Below, one piece after another: positions 39,141-48,030 of a stretch of DNA of 64,000 nt. Every line of letters starts with the position of its first letter. The first letter of the stretch is position 1. The stretch is taken from positions 3,488,001 through 3,552,000 of the forward strand of contig OZ243961.1 of assembly GCA_965214605.1 (NCBI GenBank). Direction: 5' to 3'. A program made the translations under genes and the position numbers. The notes under the pieces were generated by a model. The model was given only the letters and a program-made list of their open reading frames with translations. It was not told the origin of the DNA and ran no database searches. The DNA comes from an uncultured Candidatus Binatia bacterium. GTDB lineage: Bacteria > Desulfobacterota > Binatia > Bin18.

Positions 39141-40451
39141 ATGGAGGACTCACTACATAGTGTTGCGCCGGCTCATGGGAAACTCGGCGTTTTGTTACCC
39201 GGCATGGGGGCTGTCAGCACGACTCTGATTGCCGGGGTCGAGTTGATCAAGAAGGGTTTGGGGCGACCTATCGGTTGTTTGACCCAGTACGGTACTCTGC
39301 GGCCCGTTGCAGCTACCGACACGAGGCGCATTAAAGAGTGGGTGCCGCTGGCTAGTCTGGATGATCTTGTCTTTGGCTGCTGGGACATTTTTCCGGATAC
39401 TTGCTATGAGGCAGCCCTGCACGCTGGCGTTATTGAACCACGCCAGCTGGCATCCGTCTGTGAGGAACTCACCGCTCTAAGGCCGTGGAAGGCGGTCTTT
39501 GACCAGCACTACGTGCGCCGGCTGTCCGGTCCCCACGTCAAGCAGGCTCCGAACAAGTATGAGTTGGCCCTTCAGATTCGGGCCGACATCGACGGCTTTC
39601 GGAAAAAGCGAGGACTGGCCCGGATGGTGATGTTGTGGTGCGGCAGCACCGAGATTTTTCTGCAGCCTGAGACGGTCCATACTACGCTCCAGCGTTTTGA
39701 ACAGGGTCTTAAAAATAATCACCACGCTATCACGCCGACTATGATTTACGCCTATGCCGCGCTCATGGAGGGCGTGCCGTTCGGCAATGGGGCTCCGAAC
39801 CTGGCTGTCGAGATCCCAGCCTTACAGCAACTCGCCCATGAGAACGGCGTGCCGGTGTGTGGCAAGGACTTTAAGACCGGCCAGACCCTTACGAAAACGA
39901 TTCTGGCCCCTGGACTCAAAGCGCGTAGCTTAGGGCTGCGAGGGTGGTTCTCGACCAATATTTTAGGCAATCGGGACGGCGAGGTGCTGCACGATCCAGC
40001 CTCGCTCCAGACCAAAGAGCACAGTAAGCTGTCCGTCTTAGACTCTATTCTCCAGCCCGAAGTACACCCGGAACTCTACAGCGACTATGAGCACCAGGTC
40101 CACATTCATTACTACAAGGCGCGGGGAGACAACAAAGAAGGCTGGGATAATATTGATATCTTTGGGTGGCTTGATTACCCCATGCAAATCAAGCTGAATT
40201 TTTTGTGCCGTGATAGCATTCTCGCCGCTCCGCTAGCGCTTGACCTGGTGTTGTTTTTGGATCTCGCTCAGCGTAGCGGGCTGGGGGGTGTCCAAGACTG
40301 GCTGGCGTTCTATTTCAAGAGTCCGCTCTGTTCCTCACATCCCCCCCCAGCAGATGATCTGTTCACGCAGTTAGCCGTACTCAAGGATACCCTGGTGTCC
40401 CTGCGGAATACGGCCGCATCTCCGGCATTACTCCAAAGCACGAGGAGATGA
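39141..40451 (+). CDS. ino1: myo-Inositol-1-phosphate synthase
   Basis: PGMGAVSTT, WCGSTE, GKDFKTGQT, STNILGNRDG, GDNKEGWD and CRDSILAAPLALDL. Confidence 0.93.
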   Translation: MEDSLHSVAPAHGKLGVLLPGMGAVSTTLIAGVELIKKGLGRPIGCLTQYGTLRPVAATDTRRIKEWVPLASLDDLVFGCWDIFPDTCYEAALHAGVIEPRQLASVCEELTALRPWKAVFDQHYVRRLSGPHVKQAPNKYELALQIRADIDGFRKKRGLARMVMLWCGSTEIFLQPETVHTTLQRFEQGLKNNHHAITPTMIYAYAALMEGVPFGNGAPNLAVEIPALQQLAHENGVPVCGKDFKTGQTLTKTILAPGLKARSLGLRGWFSTNILGNRDGEVLHDPASLQTKEHSKLSVLDSILQPEVHPELYSDYEHQVHIHYYKARGDNKEGWDNIDIFGWLDYPMQIKLNFLCRDSILAAPLALDLVLFLDLAQRSGLGGVQDWLAFYFKSPLCSSHPPPADDLFTQLAVLKDTLVSLRNTAASPALLQSTRR

Positions 40452-40459
40452 GAAAGATG

Positions 40460-41010
40460 GTGGGGTTTTTAAGGAAGAGGAAACGCCCTGGGCCAGACCA
40501 GCAACCAGGATCCTCTAACGTTACCCAGAGCCATGCCACGCACGACTGGAGTAACGGTCCGGGGTGCCAGCGGTACCGCGCCCACGCTGGCGACGCGGAT
40601 CCATCTCCTTAGGTGGTCTCTTCCTCGGCGGTAACGTCCCAGTTAGCAAAGGCGAGAACTCACGCTAGTGCCAGAGGTCTTACCGCGCAGTAGTGCTGCT
40701 AGCTCCAGAAAATTCCCCAACTCGGCAATGGCTGTTGGCTCCAATGCGGTCGGCGGCGATCGGCACAATTCACGGGAAAGCACTTACAAAGCCTCTGCTT
40801 GGTCGCCATAGTGCAGATGGTCGAAGGAGTCCTGGGCGGCTCATCGGTCGCCGGAAGCCAGAAACGATCCGATGTCCCAGACGAACTCATCAATCAAACT
40901 CCTCGGGCGGGCGGAGATCCTCCTCAATGTGTGGGTCTGCTTGACGCAGCTCAAGACTGATCCGCCGGTGTCGCTCCTCCTCAGGCGCGACTGGGCAGCT
41001 CCTTCATAGC
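40460..41010 (-). pseudogene. mgtE: Collapsed remnant of Mg2+ transporter mgtE
   Basis: FDHLHYGDQAEAL*...LEPTAIAELGNFLE (MgtE N-domain-like) followed after about 150 nt by TVTPVVRGMALGNV (MgtE TM motif). CBS domains are deleted. Confidence 0.55.
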
Positions 41011-41114
41011 TCGAGGAGAGCCTCTAGACTGTGGACGGCTCAAACCGTGGTGGAAGGCCACTCCAACAAAAGAGGAAGGCGCGGTCGGCTCAGATTTTGT
41101 ACACGGCGGCCGAC

Positions 41115-43118
41115 TCAGTGCTGGTTTGGATTTGTTTTTGTCGTGGCTTTGGCATTATCCTGTTCACCACAGCTGCCAGCGCGGCCAAGGCTCATGGGCT
41201 GCAGCCTAGGGGCGTGCGGAAAGACCTGCCGCCACCACAGGGGCACGAGGCTGAGGCTGAGGACCGGGAGCGCCACCAGCCAAACCGACCGCCAGGGAAA
41301 CCAGCTTGGGGTCGGGCTGAAAAAGAGCCAGCTGCCAAGTCCTGTTAGCAGCAAAAAGACAGACAGAGCGGCACTGAGCGTCGCCAGCAGCGTCCAGCCC
41401 AGTTGGCGACGTCCCTGGCGGGGGTCTTGACCGAGCGCCCGGTGCTGGGGGCCCCAAAAACCCGGCGGGCGGACTTGGCGGTAGAAGGCCTGCAGTTGCC
41501 CATCGTCCACTCTGGCCGTTTGCACCGAGGTCCATATACCCGCGGCAGACGAAACGGCCGCCACGCTGAGCAGGCGCAGGGCTTCATAGCTATCAGGGAC
41601 AGTGAGCAGAAGGATCGGAGCCAGCACACACGACACGCCTATGGTGGTGAGTTCCCCGACTGCGGTAATCCGCCACCACACCCAGCGCAGGACCAACATG
41701 ACACCTATGCCAGCCCCAAATAGGAGGCTGATTTTCCAGGCCGTTTGAATTGAGGAGAGGTGGAACATGATGATCAGAGCGATGGCCAAAATCCCAATAT
41801 TTGCCCCGCGTGCCACCCAAACTAGCGAACGGTCGCTTGGCTCGCGCCCCAGCCACCGTTGGCACACCAGGCGGCGGTAGATATCGTTGCTCCAGTACGA
41901 TGCACCCCAGTTCAGATGGGTATCAACCGTTGAGGCCAGGGCGGCCAGCAGACCCATCAACATCAGGCCTTTGAGACCCGGAGGCAGGAGTTCGGCAATC
42001 CCACGGACAAAGGACGCCTCCCGGTCTGCAGTTAGCGCGCTCCCGGTCAAGCTTGGCTCGGGCGGCAGCAGAACGAGCAGACCTAGGCCGATCGTAATCC
42101 ACAACAGACTACGAAAAACGACCTGGACCAGGGTAAATATCAGGCTGGCCCGTTTGGCATCAAGATCGCTCCGACAGGCCATGCTCCGCTGGGCAAGATA
42201 GCCTGTACCGTCCGCATTCATTTGTACCAGCCATTGGAGGGCAAGCACGGCCAGAAACGCGACTGAAACGTCTTTGGCCTGAGAGGGGGTAAAGGCCAGG
42301 AGCTGGCTGGCTTGTATTCCGCCCGGACCGGCCTGGCCGATGTAGATGACCGACAGCTGTCCGGCCAGAGTGCTTAGTCCGCCGACCTCGGCGAGGACCC
42401 AGCCGGCGTAGGCAGCCGTGGCCAGCATGGCCACACTAAATTGCAGCACGTCGGTTGCCACCACGCTGCGCAATCCGCCGGTTGTCGAGTAGAAAACGGT
42501 GACTAGCACGATCAGAGCGATGGATAACAGGTTGTTGGTCGAGCGAATCCACACCTCCGGACTGTTGTCGGTGAGCGTGGTCAGGGGGGTGTTGAGCCAC
42601 TGTACGGCGGACAAAAGCGGCTCGTACAGCTCTGGGCTGAGCCAGCGATGCCAGACCAAAAAGGGCTCTGCAATGCGCGTTGTGGCCAGCAGAACGATAG
42701 CCAGCACCGTACAGTTGAAAATTGTCCCCAAATAGATCGCCTTCACTCCACGCAGCAGGAGGGCAGTGGGGGAGCCGTAGCGCCGCTCGGTCAACTCGGC
42801 GTCGGTCAGCACGCCGGCCCGCCGCCAGGCCGGGGCCAGGACAAAACCGACCAACAGAAAGGACAGGGCGTAGGACCAGATCCACCAGAGGGAAAAAATG
42901 CCGGACACCGCCAGCAGACCAGTACATAACAGCGGCGTATCCGCGGCAAACTGAGTCGCCGCCATGCTGATTCCCGCCTGCCAGCCGTTCAGACTCCGAC
43001 CGGCCAAAAAGTACTCTTCTAAATTCTTTGAGGCGAGGCGACGGGAACGCAGGCCCGCGCTGATGGCGTACACTAGGAAGGCGACCAGAATGCAGATGTC
43101 AATCGTCTCCAGACCCAT
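41115..43118 (-). CDS. Sodium:solute symporter (SSS) family transporter
   Basis: EYFLAGRSL, SMAATQFAADTP, GGLRSVVATDVLQF, GYLAQR and LAALASTVDT; many TM segments. Confidence 0.92.
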   Translation of the reverse strand: MGLETIDICILVAFLVYAISAGLRSRRLASKNLEEYFLAGRSLNGWQAGISMAATQFAADTPLLCTGLLAVSGIFSLWWIWSYALSFLLVGFVLAPAWRRAGVLTDAELTERRYGSPTALLLRGVKAIYLGTIFNCTVLAIVLLATTRIAEPFLVWHRWLSPELYEPLLSAVQWLNTPLTTLTDNSPEVWIRSTNNLLSIALIVLVTVFYSTTGGLRSVVATDVLQFSVAMLATAAYAGWVLAEVGGLSTLAGQLSVIYIGQAGPGGIQASQLLAFTPSQAKDVSVAFLAVLALQWLVQMNADGTGYLAQRSMACRSDLDAKRASLIFTLVQVVFRSLLWITIGLGLLVLLPPEPSLTGSALTADREASFVRGIAELLPPGLKGLMLMGLLAALASTVDTHLNWGASYWSNDIYRRLVCQRWLGREPSDRSLVWVARGANIGILAIALIIMFHLSSIQTAWKISLLFGAGIGVMLVLRWVWWRITAVGELTTIGVSCVLAPILLLTVPDSYEALRLLSVAAVSSAAGIWTSVQTARVDDGQLQAFYRQVRPPGFWGPQHRALGQDPRQGRRQLGWTLLATLSAALSVFLLLTGLGSWLFFSPTPSWFPWRSVWLVALPVLSLSLVPLWWRQVFPHAPRLQPMSLGRAGSCGEQDNAKATTKTNPNQH

Positions 43119-43228
43119 GCGTGTGTCCGAATGCGCTCATTAGGGGAAACAACAGTGTGACAAATGGGAGACCGAGGGCGTTTTTCAGTATGGATTATAT
43201 TTGCCGCAGTGCGTTAAGATCAACAAAT

Positions 43229-44026
43229 ATGAATAGCCGCCCGCCTCGTGTTGACCATGCGCTCTCTAGCCTGCACCGCCAATGGTGGTTGATTAGCCTT
43301 ATCTCCAGTCTGAGCTTGGGTCTGAGCTCTGCGCTGCTGTGCGTCGGTTGGCGACCCGATGCGGTCCGTCGCTGGGCGTTACTGGCCGGCTGTGTGTTGG
43401 TGACCGAACTGATTTTCTTATGGAGATGGCTCCCGGACAACTATAGACAGCCCGGGCAGCGTCTGCTGCCCGTCTTAGGGATGGGAAACCTCCTAACTAT
43501 TATGCGTGGGCTGCTGGTTGGCCTGTTGGCCGGCTTTCTGGGGGGCGGCTGGCCGCCCGGCTGGCTGGCCTGTCTTCCGGCTGGTCTGTATAGCCTGGCC
43601 GCGGTCGGAGATTGGCTCGACGGCTATGTGTCTCGAAAGACGCACTATACCACCCATCTGGGCCGACGCCTGGACATGGAGGTCGACGCGCTGGGGCTGT
43701 TGGTGGCAACTAGCCTGGCCGTGCAGTATGGTCAACTGCCCGTCTGGTACCTGTGTCTGGGGTTTGCCCCTTATGGTTTTGGATTGGGTCAGTGGTGGCG
43801 GGGATGGCGGGGAAAACCGGTCTATAGCCTTCCGCCGCGGGCGACCCGAGCCGTGATCGGGGGTTGCCAGGTCGGCTTTATCAGCGTCGTCCTGTGGCCC
43901 GTCTTCTCGCCGCCCCTCACCACGCTGGTCGGCCTGCTGTTCGTGATTCCTACCGCGGTGAGCTTTAGCCATGATTGGCTGGCGGTAAGCGGCCGGCTAG
44001 GGGCTGCATCTCCCGATAGCGGCTAG
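43229..44026 (+). CDS. CDP-alcohol phosphatidyltransferase family protein
   Basis: GNLLTIMRG and signature DWLDGYVSR...LGRRLDMEVD. Start uncertain. Confidence 0.88.
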   Translation: MNSRPPRVDHALSSLHRQWWLISLISSLSLGLSSALLCVGWRPDAVRRWALLAGCVLVTELIFLWRWLPDNYRQPGQRLLPVLGMGNLLTIMRGLLVGLLAGFLGGGWPPGWLACLPAGLYSLAAVGDWLDGYVSRKTHYTTHLGRRLDMEVDALGLLVATSLAVQYGQLPVWYLCLGFAPYGFGLGQWWRGWRGKPVYSLPPRATRAVIGGCQVGFISVVLWPVFSPPLTTLVGLLFVIPTAVSFSHDWLAVSGRLGAASPDSG

Positions 44027-44104
44027 GAACATTGTTGCATTTTGTGAGAAATCGTGCATGTTCCTGTGTCGGTGAGGCGCCTGCAAGCCGAAGGAGGGCA
44101 GAGT

Positions 44105-45496
44105 ATGGGTGAAGCCAGTGTTCAGCCAGTAGCGCGTGCCCGTATCCCGACCGCAGAGGGGGAATTCCAGCTGTGTCTGTACAAGAACGGGCAGGCCGGC
44201 AAGGAACATCTAGCGCTGGTGCTTGGGAATGTGGCGGGTCGCCCCGACGTGCTGGTTCGGGTCCACTCAGAATGCTTCACCGGTGACGTCCTAGGCTCTC
44301 TGCGCTGTGATTGTGGCTCCCAACTGAACTGCTCCATGCAGCGAATCGCGCAAGAGGGAGTCGGCATTATTGTCTATCTGCGCCAGGAGGGCCGGGGGAT
44401 CGGTCTGTCCGACAAGCTGCGGGCCTATAATCTCCAAGATCAGGGCCATGGGAGCGTCGAGACCAACCTCCTGCTCTCTCACCAGGCAGCTGAGCACGAT
44501 TACACCGTGGCAGCGATGATTCTCAAAAATCTGGACGTTCTGTCTGTCCGTCTGTTGACCAACATCCCCCTCAAAATCGAGAGCTTGCGAGAGTACGGGG
44601 TAGCGGTTACCGCGCAGATTCCTCTCTCAGCTCCTGTGCCTGCCGGAAATGCTGGCGATCTGCAGACCAAAGTCCAGCGTATGCATCATCTGCTGAGCCT
44701 CGACTCGATTGCCTCGGCCGCCGCGTCCCCCCACGCCGACGTCCCCCCGGCCGCCCACGCCGATACGTATCGGCGCGCCCTCCTGGCGCGCATGGTCGGC
44801 CATCGCCAACGCACCGGCCTCCCATTTGTCACTCTGAGTTATGCCCAGAGCGTGGACGGGTGCATCGCCGCCCGCCCGGGCCAGCCCATGGCCCTCAGTG
44901 GACCGCAAGCGCTCGTCCTGACCCACCAGCTGCGGGCCGACCATGATGCCATTCTGGTCGGTATCGGAACAGTGTTAGCAGACGACCCACGCCTGAGCGT
45001 CCGTCTCGTCAAAGGGCGCAATCCGCAGCCGATTATTGCCGATAGCCGTCTGCGTTTTCCACCCGATGCCAGGCTGCTCCGGAACCCTGACCGAACGGCC
45101 TGGATTGCGACCTGCCAACAGGCCGACGGACACCGTCAGGAGGTCTTTGAGAGCGCTGGCGCACGCGTGCTGCGGCTGCCGCCAAACGCCCGCGGCCAAG
45201 TTGACCTGGCCGTGTTGTTGGAACGCCTTGGACAGCTTGGCATTAACAGCCTGATGGTTGAGGGCGGGACGCGCATCATTACCAGTTTTCTTTCAGAGCA
45301 GTTGGTCGATTCGGTCGTGTTAACCATTGCGCCAAAACTGCTGGGTGGACTGCGAGCCGTGCGTCAACTGCGCCTCCTCGACCCGATCCAACTGCCGCAC
45401 CTGCACAATGTTCGCTATCAACAGCTTGAAGACGACATCATCATGTGGGGCGATCCCGTGTGGGAGGTCCAAGAGGACTGGGCCGTGCAGGAGTAG
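44105..45496 (+). CDS. Fusion of GTP cyclohydrolase II (degenerate) and RibD C-terminal/Rib7-type pyrimidine reductase
   Basis: RVHSECFTGDVLGSLRCDCG, RQEGRGIG and KLRAYNLQD; then VTLSYAQSVDG, DAILVGIGTVLADDPRL and LMVEGG. No deaminase domain. Confidence 0.9.
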   Translation: MGEASVQPVARARIPTAEGEFQLCLYKNGQAGKEHLALVLGNVAGRPDVLVRVHSECFTGDVLGSLRCDCGSQLNCSMQRIAQEGVGIIVYLRQEGRGIGLSDKLRAYNLQDQGHGSVETNLLLSHQAAEHDYTVAAMILKNLDVLSVRLLTNIPLKIESLREYGVAVTAQIPLSAPVPAGNAGDLQTKVQRMHHLLSLDSIASAAASPHADVPPAAHADTYRRALLARMVGHRQRTGLPFVTLSYAQSVDGCIAARPGQPMALSGPQALVLTHQLRADHDAILVGIGTVLADDPRLSVRLVKGRNPQPIIADSRLRFPPDARLLRNPDRTAWIATCQQADGHRQEVFESAGARVLRLPPNARGQVDLAVLLERLGQLGINSLMVEGGTRIITSFLSEQLVDSVVLTIAPKLLGGLRAVRQLRLLDPIQLPHLHNVRYQQLEDDIIMWGDPVWEVQEDWAVQE

Positions 45497-45498
45497 CT

Positions 45499-46545
45499 AT
45501 GAGGCGTCAGGCGCTGTACTTCACCGCGCCGTATCAGCTTACGGTACGAGAGGAGCCGCTGGCCATACCGCTGGGCGGTCAAATACTGGTCCAAACCGTG
45601 CTCTCGGCCATTAGCTCAGGGACCGAGCTGTTGATCTACCGCGGCCAAGTCCCCACTGATATGGCAGTCGATGACACCATTGCCGCGCTGAGTGGCGATT
45701 TTGGCTTCCCCCTCAAATACGGATATGCGGTTGTTGGGCGTGTCGTCGCCGTGGGGCCGGACGTTTCCTCGGACTGGGAGAGCCGGCTGGTGTTTGCCTT
45801 TCACCCCCATGAGAGCCACTTTGTGACTACGCTGGCCGAAGTCGTTCCGCTACCGGTTGACATGACGCCGGACCAAGCCGTTTTTCTGCCTAATATGGAA
45901 ACCGCAGTCAACCTGCTGATGGATGGCCGTCCGCTGATCGGTGAACGAGTTGTGATTATTGGCCAGGGCATCGTTGGGCTCCTGACTACCCGCCTGCTGA
46001 CTCGCCTGCCGGTCGGTCGCCTAATCAGCCTCGACCGCTATGCCGCCCGGCGAGAACGCTCCCTTAGTCTGGGAGCCCAGGTGAGTGTAGACGCCGAGGC
46101 GACCGACGTGCTGGATCGGATGCGCCAGGCCCTTGAGGATGGCGCGCCGGTCAGAGGGGCGGACCTGACGTATGAGTTGTCGGGCAATCCGGCTGCTCTT
46201 GACCTGGCCATTGCTGCGACCGGCTTCGATGGGCGGGTGATTATTGGCTCGTGGTATGGACATAAGCGGGCGGTGGTAGACCTGGGTGGACGTTTTCATC
46301 GCAGTCGGATTCGCCTGATCAGCAGCCAGGTGAGCAGCATTGCCTCAGAGTGGACCGGTCGCTGGACCAAAGCGCGTCGTTTGCAGCTCGCCTGGCAGCT
46401 ACTCGAACACCGCCCGCCCGGTCCGCGCCTGACTGAGCTGATTAGCCACCGCTTTCCGCTTGGACAGGCGGCTGAGGCTTACGCTCTGCTCGATCAACAG
46501 CCCCAGCACGCATTGCAAGTCGTGCTGACCTATGAGGGCTGCTGA
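45499..46545 (+). CDS. MDR-family (zinc-binding alcohol dehydrogenase-like) oxidoreductase
   Basis: SAISSGTELLIYRG, FPLKYGY, FHPHES, NMETAVN and IGQGIVG. Confidence 0.88.
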   Translation: MRRQALYFTAPYQLTVREEPLAIPLGGQILVQTVLSAISSGTELLIYRGQVPTDMAVDDTIAALSGDFGFPLKYGYAVVGRVVAVGPDVSSDWESRLVFAFHPHESHFVTTLAEVVPLPVDMTPDQAVFLPNMETAVNLLMDGRPLIGERVVIIGQGIVGLLTTRLLTRLPVGRLISLDRYAARRERSLSLGAQVSVDAEATDVLDRMRQALEDGAPVRGADLTYELSGNPAALDLAIAATGFDGRVIIGSWYGHKRAVVDLGGRFHRSRIRLISSQVSSIASEWTGRWTKARRLQLAWQLLEHRPPGPRLTELISHRFPLGQAAEAYALLDQQPQHALQVVLTYEGC

Positions 46546-46570
46546 GAAACATGACAAGGAGGAAACGCAT

Positions 46571-46966
46571 ATGTATAGGGTTGCCATTAAGCGGGATTTC
46601 GTGGCCCAACACTTTCTGATTGGGGGTGACTGGGGGGCGGAGAATGAGTGGCACTCACACCATTACCAGGCCGAGATTCAGTTGGAAGGCAATAGCCTGG
46701 ATCAGCACGGCTACCTCGTCGACATCGTTGACATTGAGGCCAATCTGGATGACTTGGTGGCCTATTTCCGAGACAAAACCCTGAACGAAAAGCCCGAGTT
46801 CGAGGGCCTCAATCCCAGTATTGAGCGCTTTGCCCACATCTTCTGCCGGGCGCTGGCCGAACGTCTGCAAGCGCCGACCCTCACGGCCCTCACGGTCAAG
46901 CTGTGGGAGCACGAGAATGCCTGGGCATCGTATCGACAGGAAGTGTCGTGCGGGTTGGGCTCCTGA
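46571..46966 (+). CDS. PTPS/QueD (COG0720) paralogue lacking the catalytic Cys (PTPS-IV-like)
   Basis: RDFVAQHFLIGGDWGAENEWHSHHY, GYLVDI, LNEKPEFEGLNPSIE and LWEHENAWASY. No CxxxHGH motif. Confidence 0.85.
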   Translation: MYRVAIKRDFVAQHFLIGGDWGAENEWHSHHYQAEIQLEGNSLDQHGYLVDIVDIEANLDDLVAYFRDKTLNEKPEFEGLNPSIERFAHIFCRALAERLQAPTLTALTVKLWEHENAWASYRQEVSCGLGS

Positions 46967-48030
46967 TCTATGGCAGTCTGGATATTTTGACCGGGGGGTT
47001 TCTGTACGATCGCCTGCTGGTCGACTACCTCCGTCGTCAGGGGGATGAGGTCGAGGTCATCAGCCTGCCGTGGCGGACGTATGGACATCACCTGGCCGAC
47101 AATTTCTCGACCGCTTTTTTCCAGCGCCTATGTCAAACCTCGTGCGATGTACTGATCCAAGACGAATTGAACCATCCGTCGCTATGGTGGCTCAACGGTC
47201 GGCTGAAGCGGCGGGTCGACTACCCGCTGGTCACCCTTGTGCATCTGCTGCGTTCGAGTGAGGCGCGGCCGGCTTGGCAGAACCGTTTCCACCGCTGGGT
47301 GGAACAGCGCTACCTGCGGACCCTTGACGGTTTGATTTTTAACAGCAAAACGACCGGGCGCCAAGTCGAAGCCCTGCTTGGGCCGGGATATCCGAGTGTG
47401 GTGGCCTATCCTGGCTGTGACCATCTCCACCCAACGCTGTGCTCCGACGCTATCGCCGCCCGAGCCCGGCAGCCCGGTGCGCTGCGGATTCTGTTCATCG
47501 GCAACCTGATCCCACGTAAGGGATTGCATGTGCTAATTGAGGCCCTGACGAGTCTTCCTCGACCTGACTGGCAGCTCACAGTGATTGGTGATCTGAACAT
47601 GGACCCCGCCTATGTCCGTCAGGTGCGCCGCCAGATCAACCGGGCCGATCTACAGGCCCAGATCACCCTTCTCGGAGCCGTCCTGCAGGAAAACATCGTG
47701 TCCCACCTTGCCCACCACCAGGTGCTGGCCGTGCCCTCTTTGTACGAGCCGTTCGGGATTGTGTATGTTGAGGCGCTGGGTTTTGGTCAGCCGGTCATCG
47801 CCACCACGGTTGGCGCCGCCCACGAAATTATCAGCCATGGCCGGGAAGGGTTTCTCATTGCCCCCGGCGACAGCGCTGCGCTGGCCCACCATCTCAGCCG
47901 ACTCCACGCCGACCGGCAGGGCTTGGTGCGGATGAGTCTGGCCGCCCAGCAGCGCTACCGCAGCTGTCCGACCTGGGACGAGAGCGCAGGACGGATTCGC
48001 CAATTTATCTCCACTCTAACCAAGCCATGA
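46948..48030 (+). CDS. Glycosyltransferase family 4
   Basis: TGGFLYDR, FIGNLIPRKG and PSLYEPFGIVYVEAL...PVIAT. Confidence 0.92.
   Translation: MRVGLLIYGSLDILTGGFLYDRLLVDYLRRQGDEVEVISLPWRTYGHHLADNFSTAFFQRLCQTSCDVLIQDELNHPSLWWLNGRLKRRVDYPLVTLVHLLRSSEARPAWQNRFHRWVEQRYLRTLDGLIFNSKTTGRQVEALLGPGYPSVVAYPGCDHLHPTLCSDAIAARARQPGALRILFIGNLIPRKGLHVLIEALTSLPRPDWQLTVIGDLNMDPAYVRQVRRQINRADLQAQITLLGAVLQENIVSHLAHHQVLAVPSLYEPFGIVYVEALGFGQPVIATTVGAAHEIISHGREGFLIAPGDSAALAHHLSRLHADRQGLVRMSLAAQQRYRSCPTWDESAGRIRQFISTLTKP

Noticed and set aside
44105-46966. Riboflavin or queuosine biosynthesis operon
   Set aside because: No deaminase, ribB/E/H or queC/E/F genes; the PTPS lacks the QueD Cys; the partner genes are a GT, a methyltransferase and a lipid transferase.
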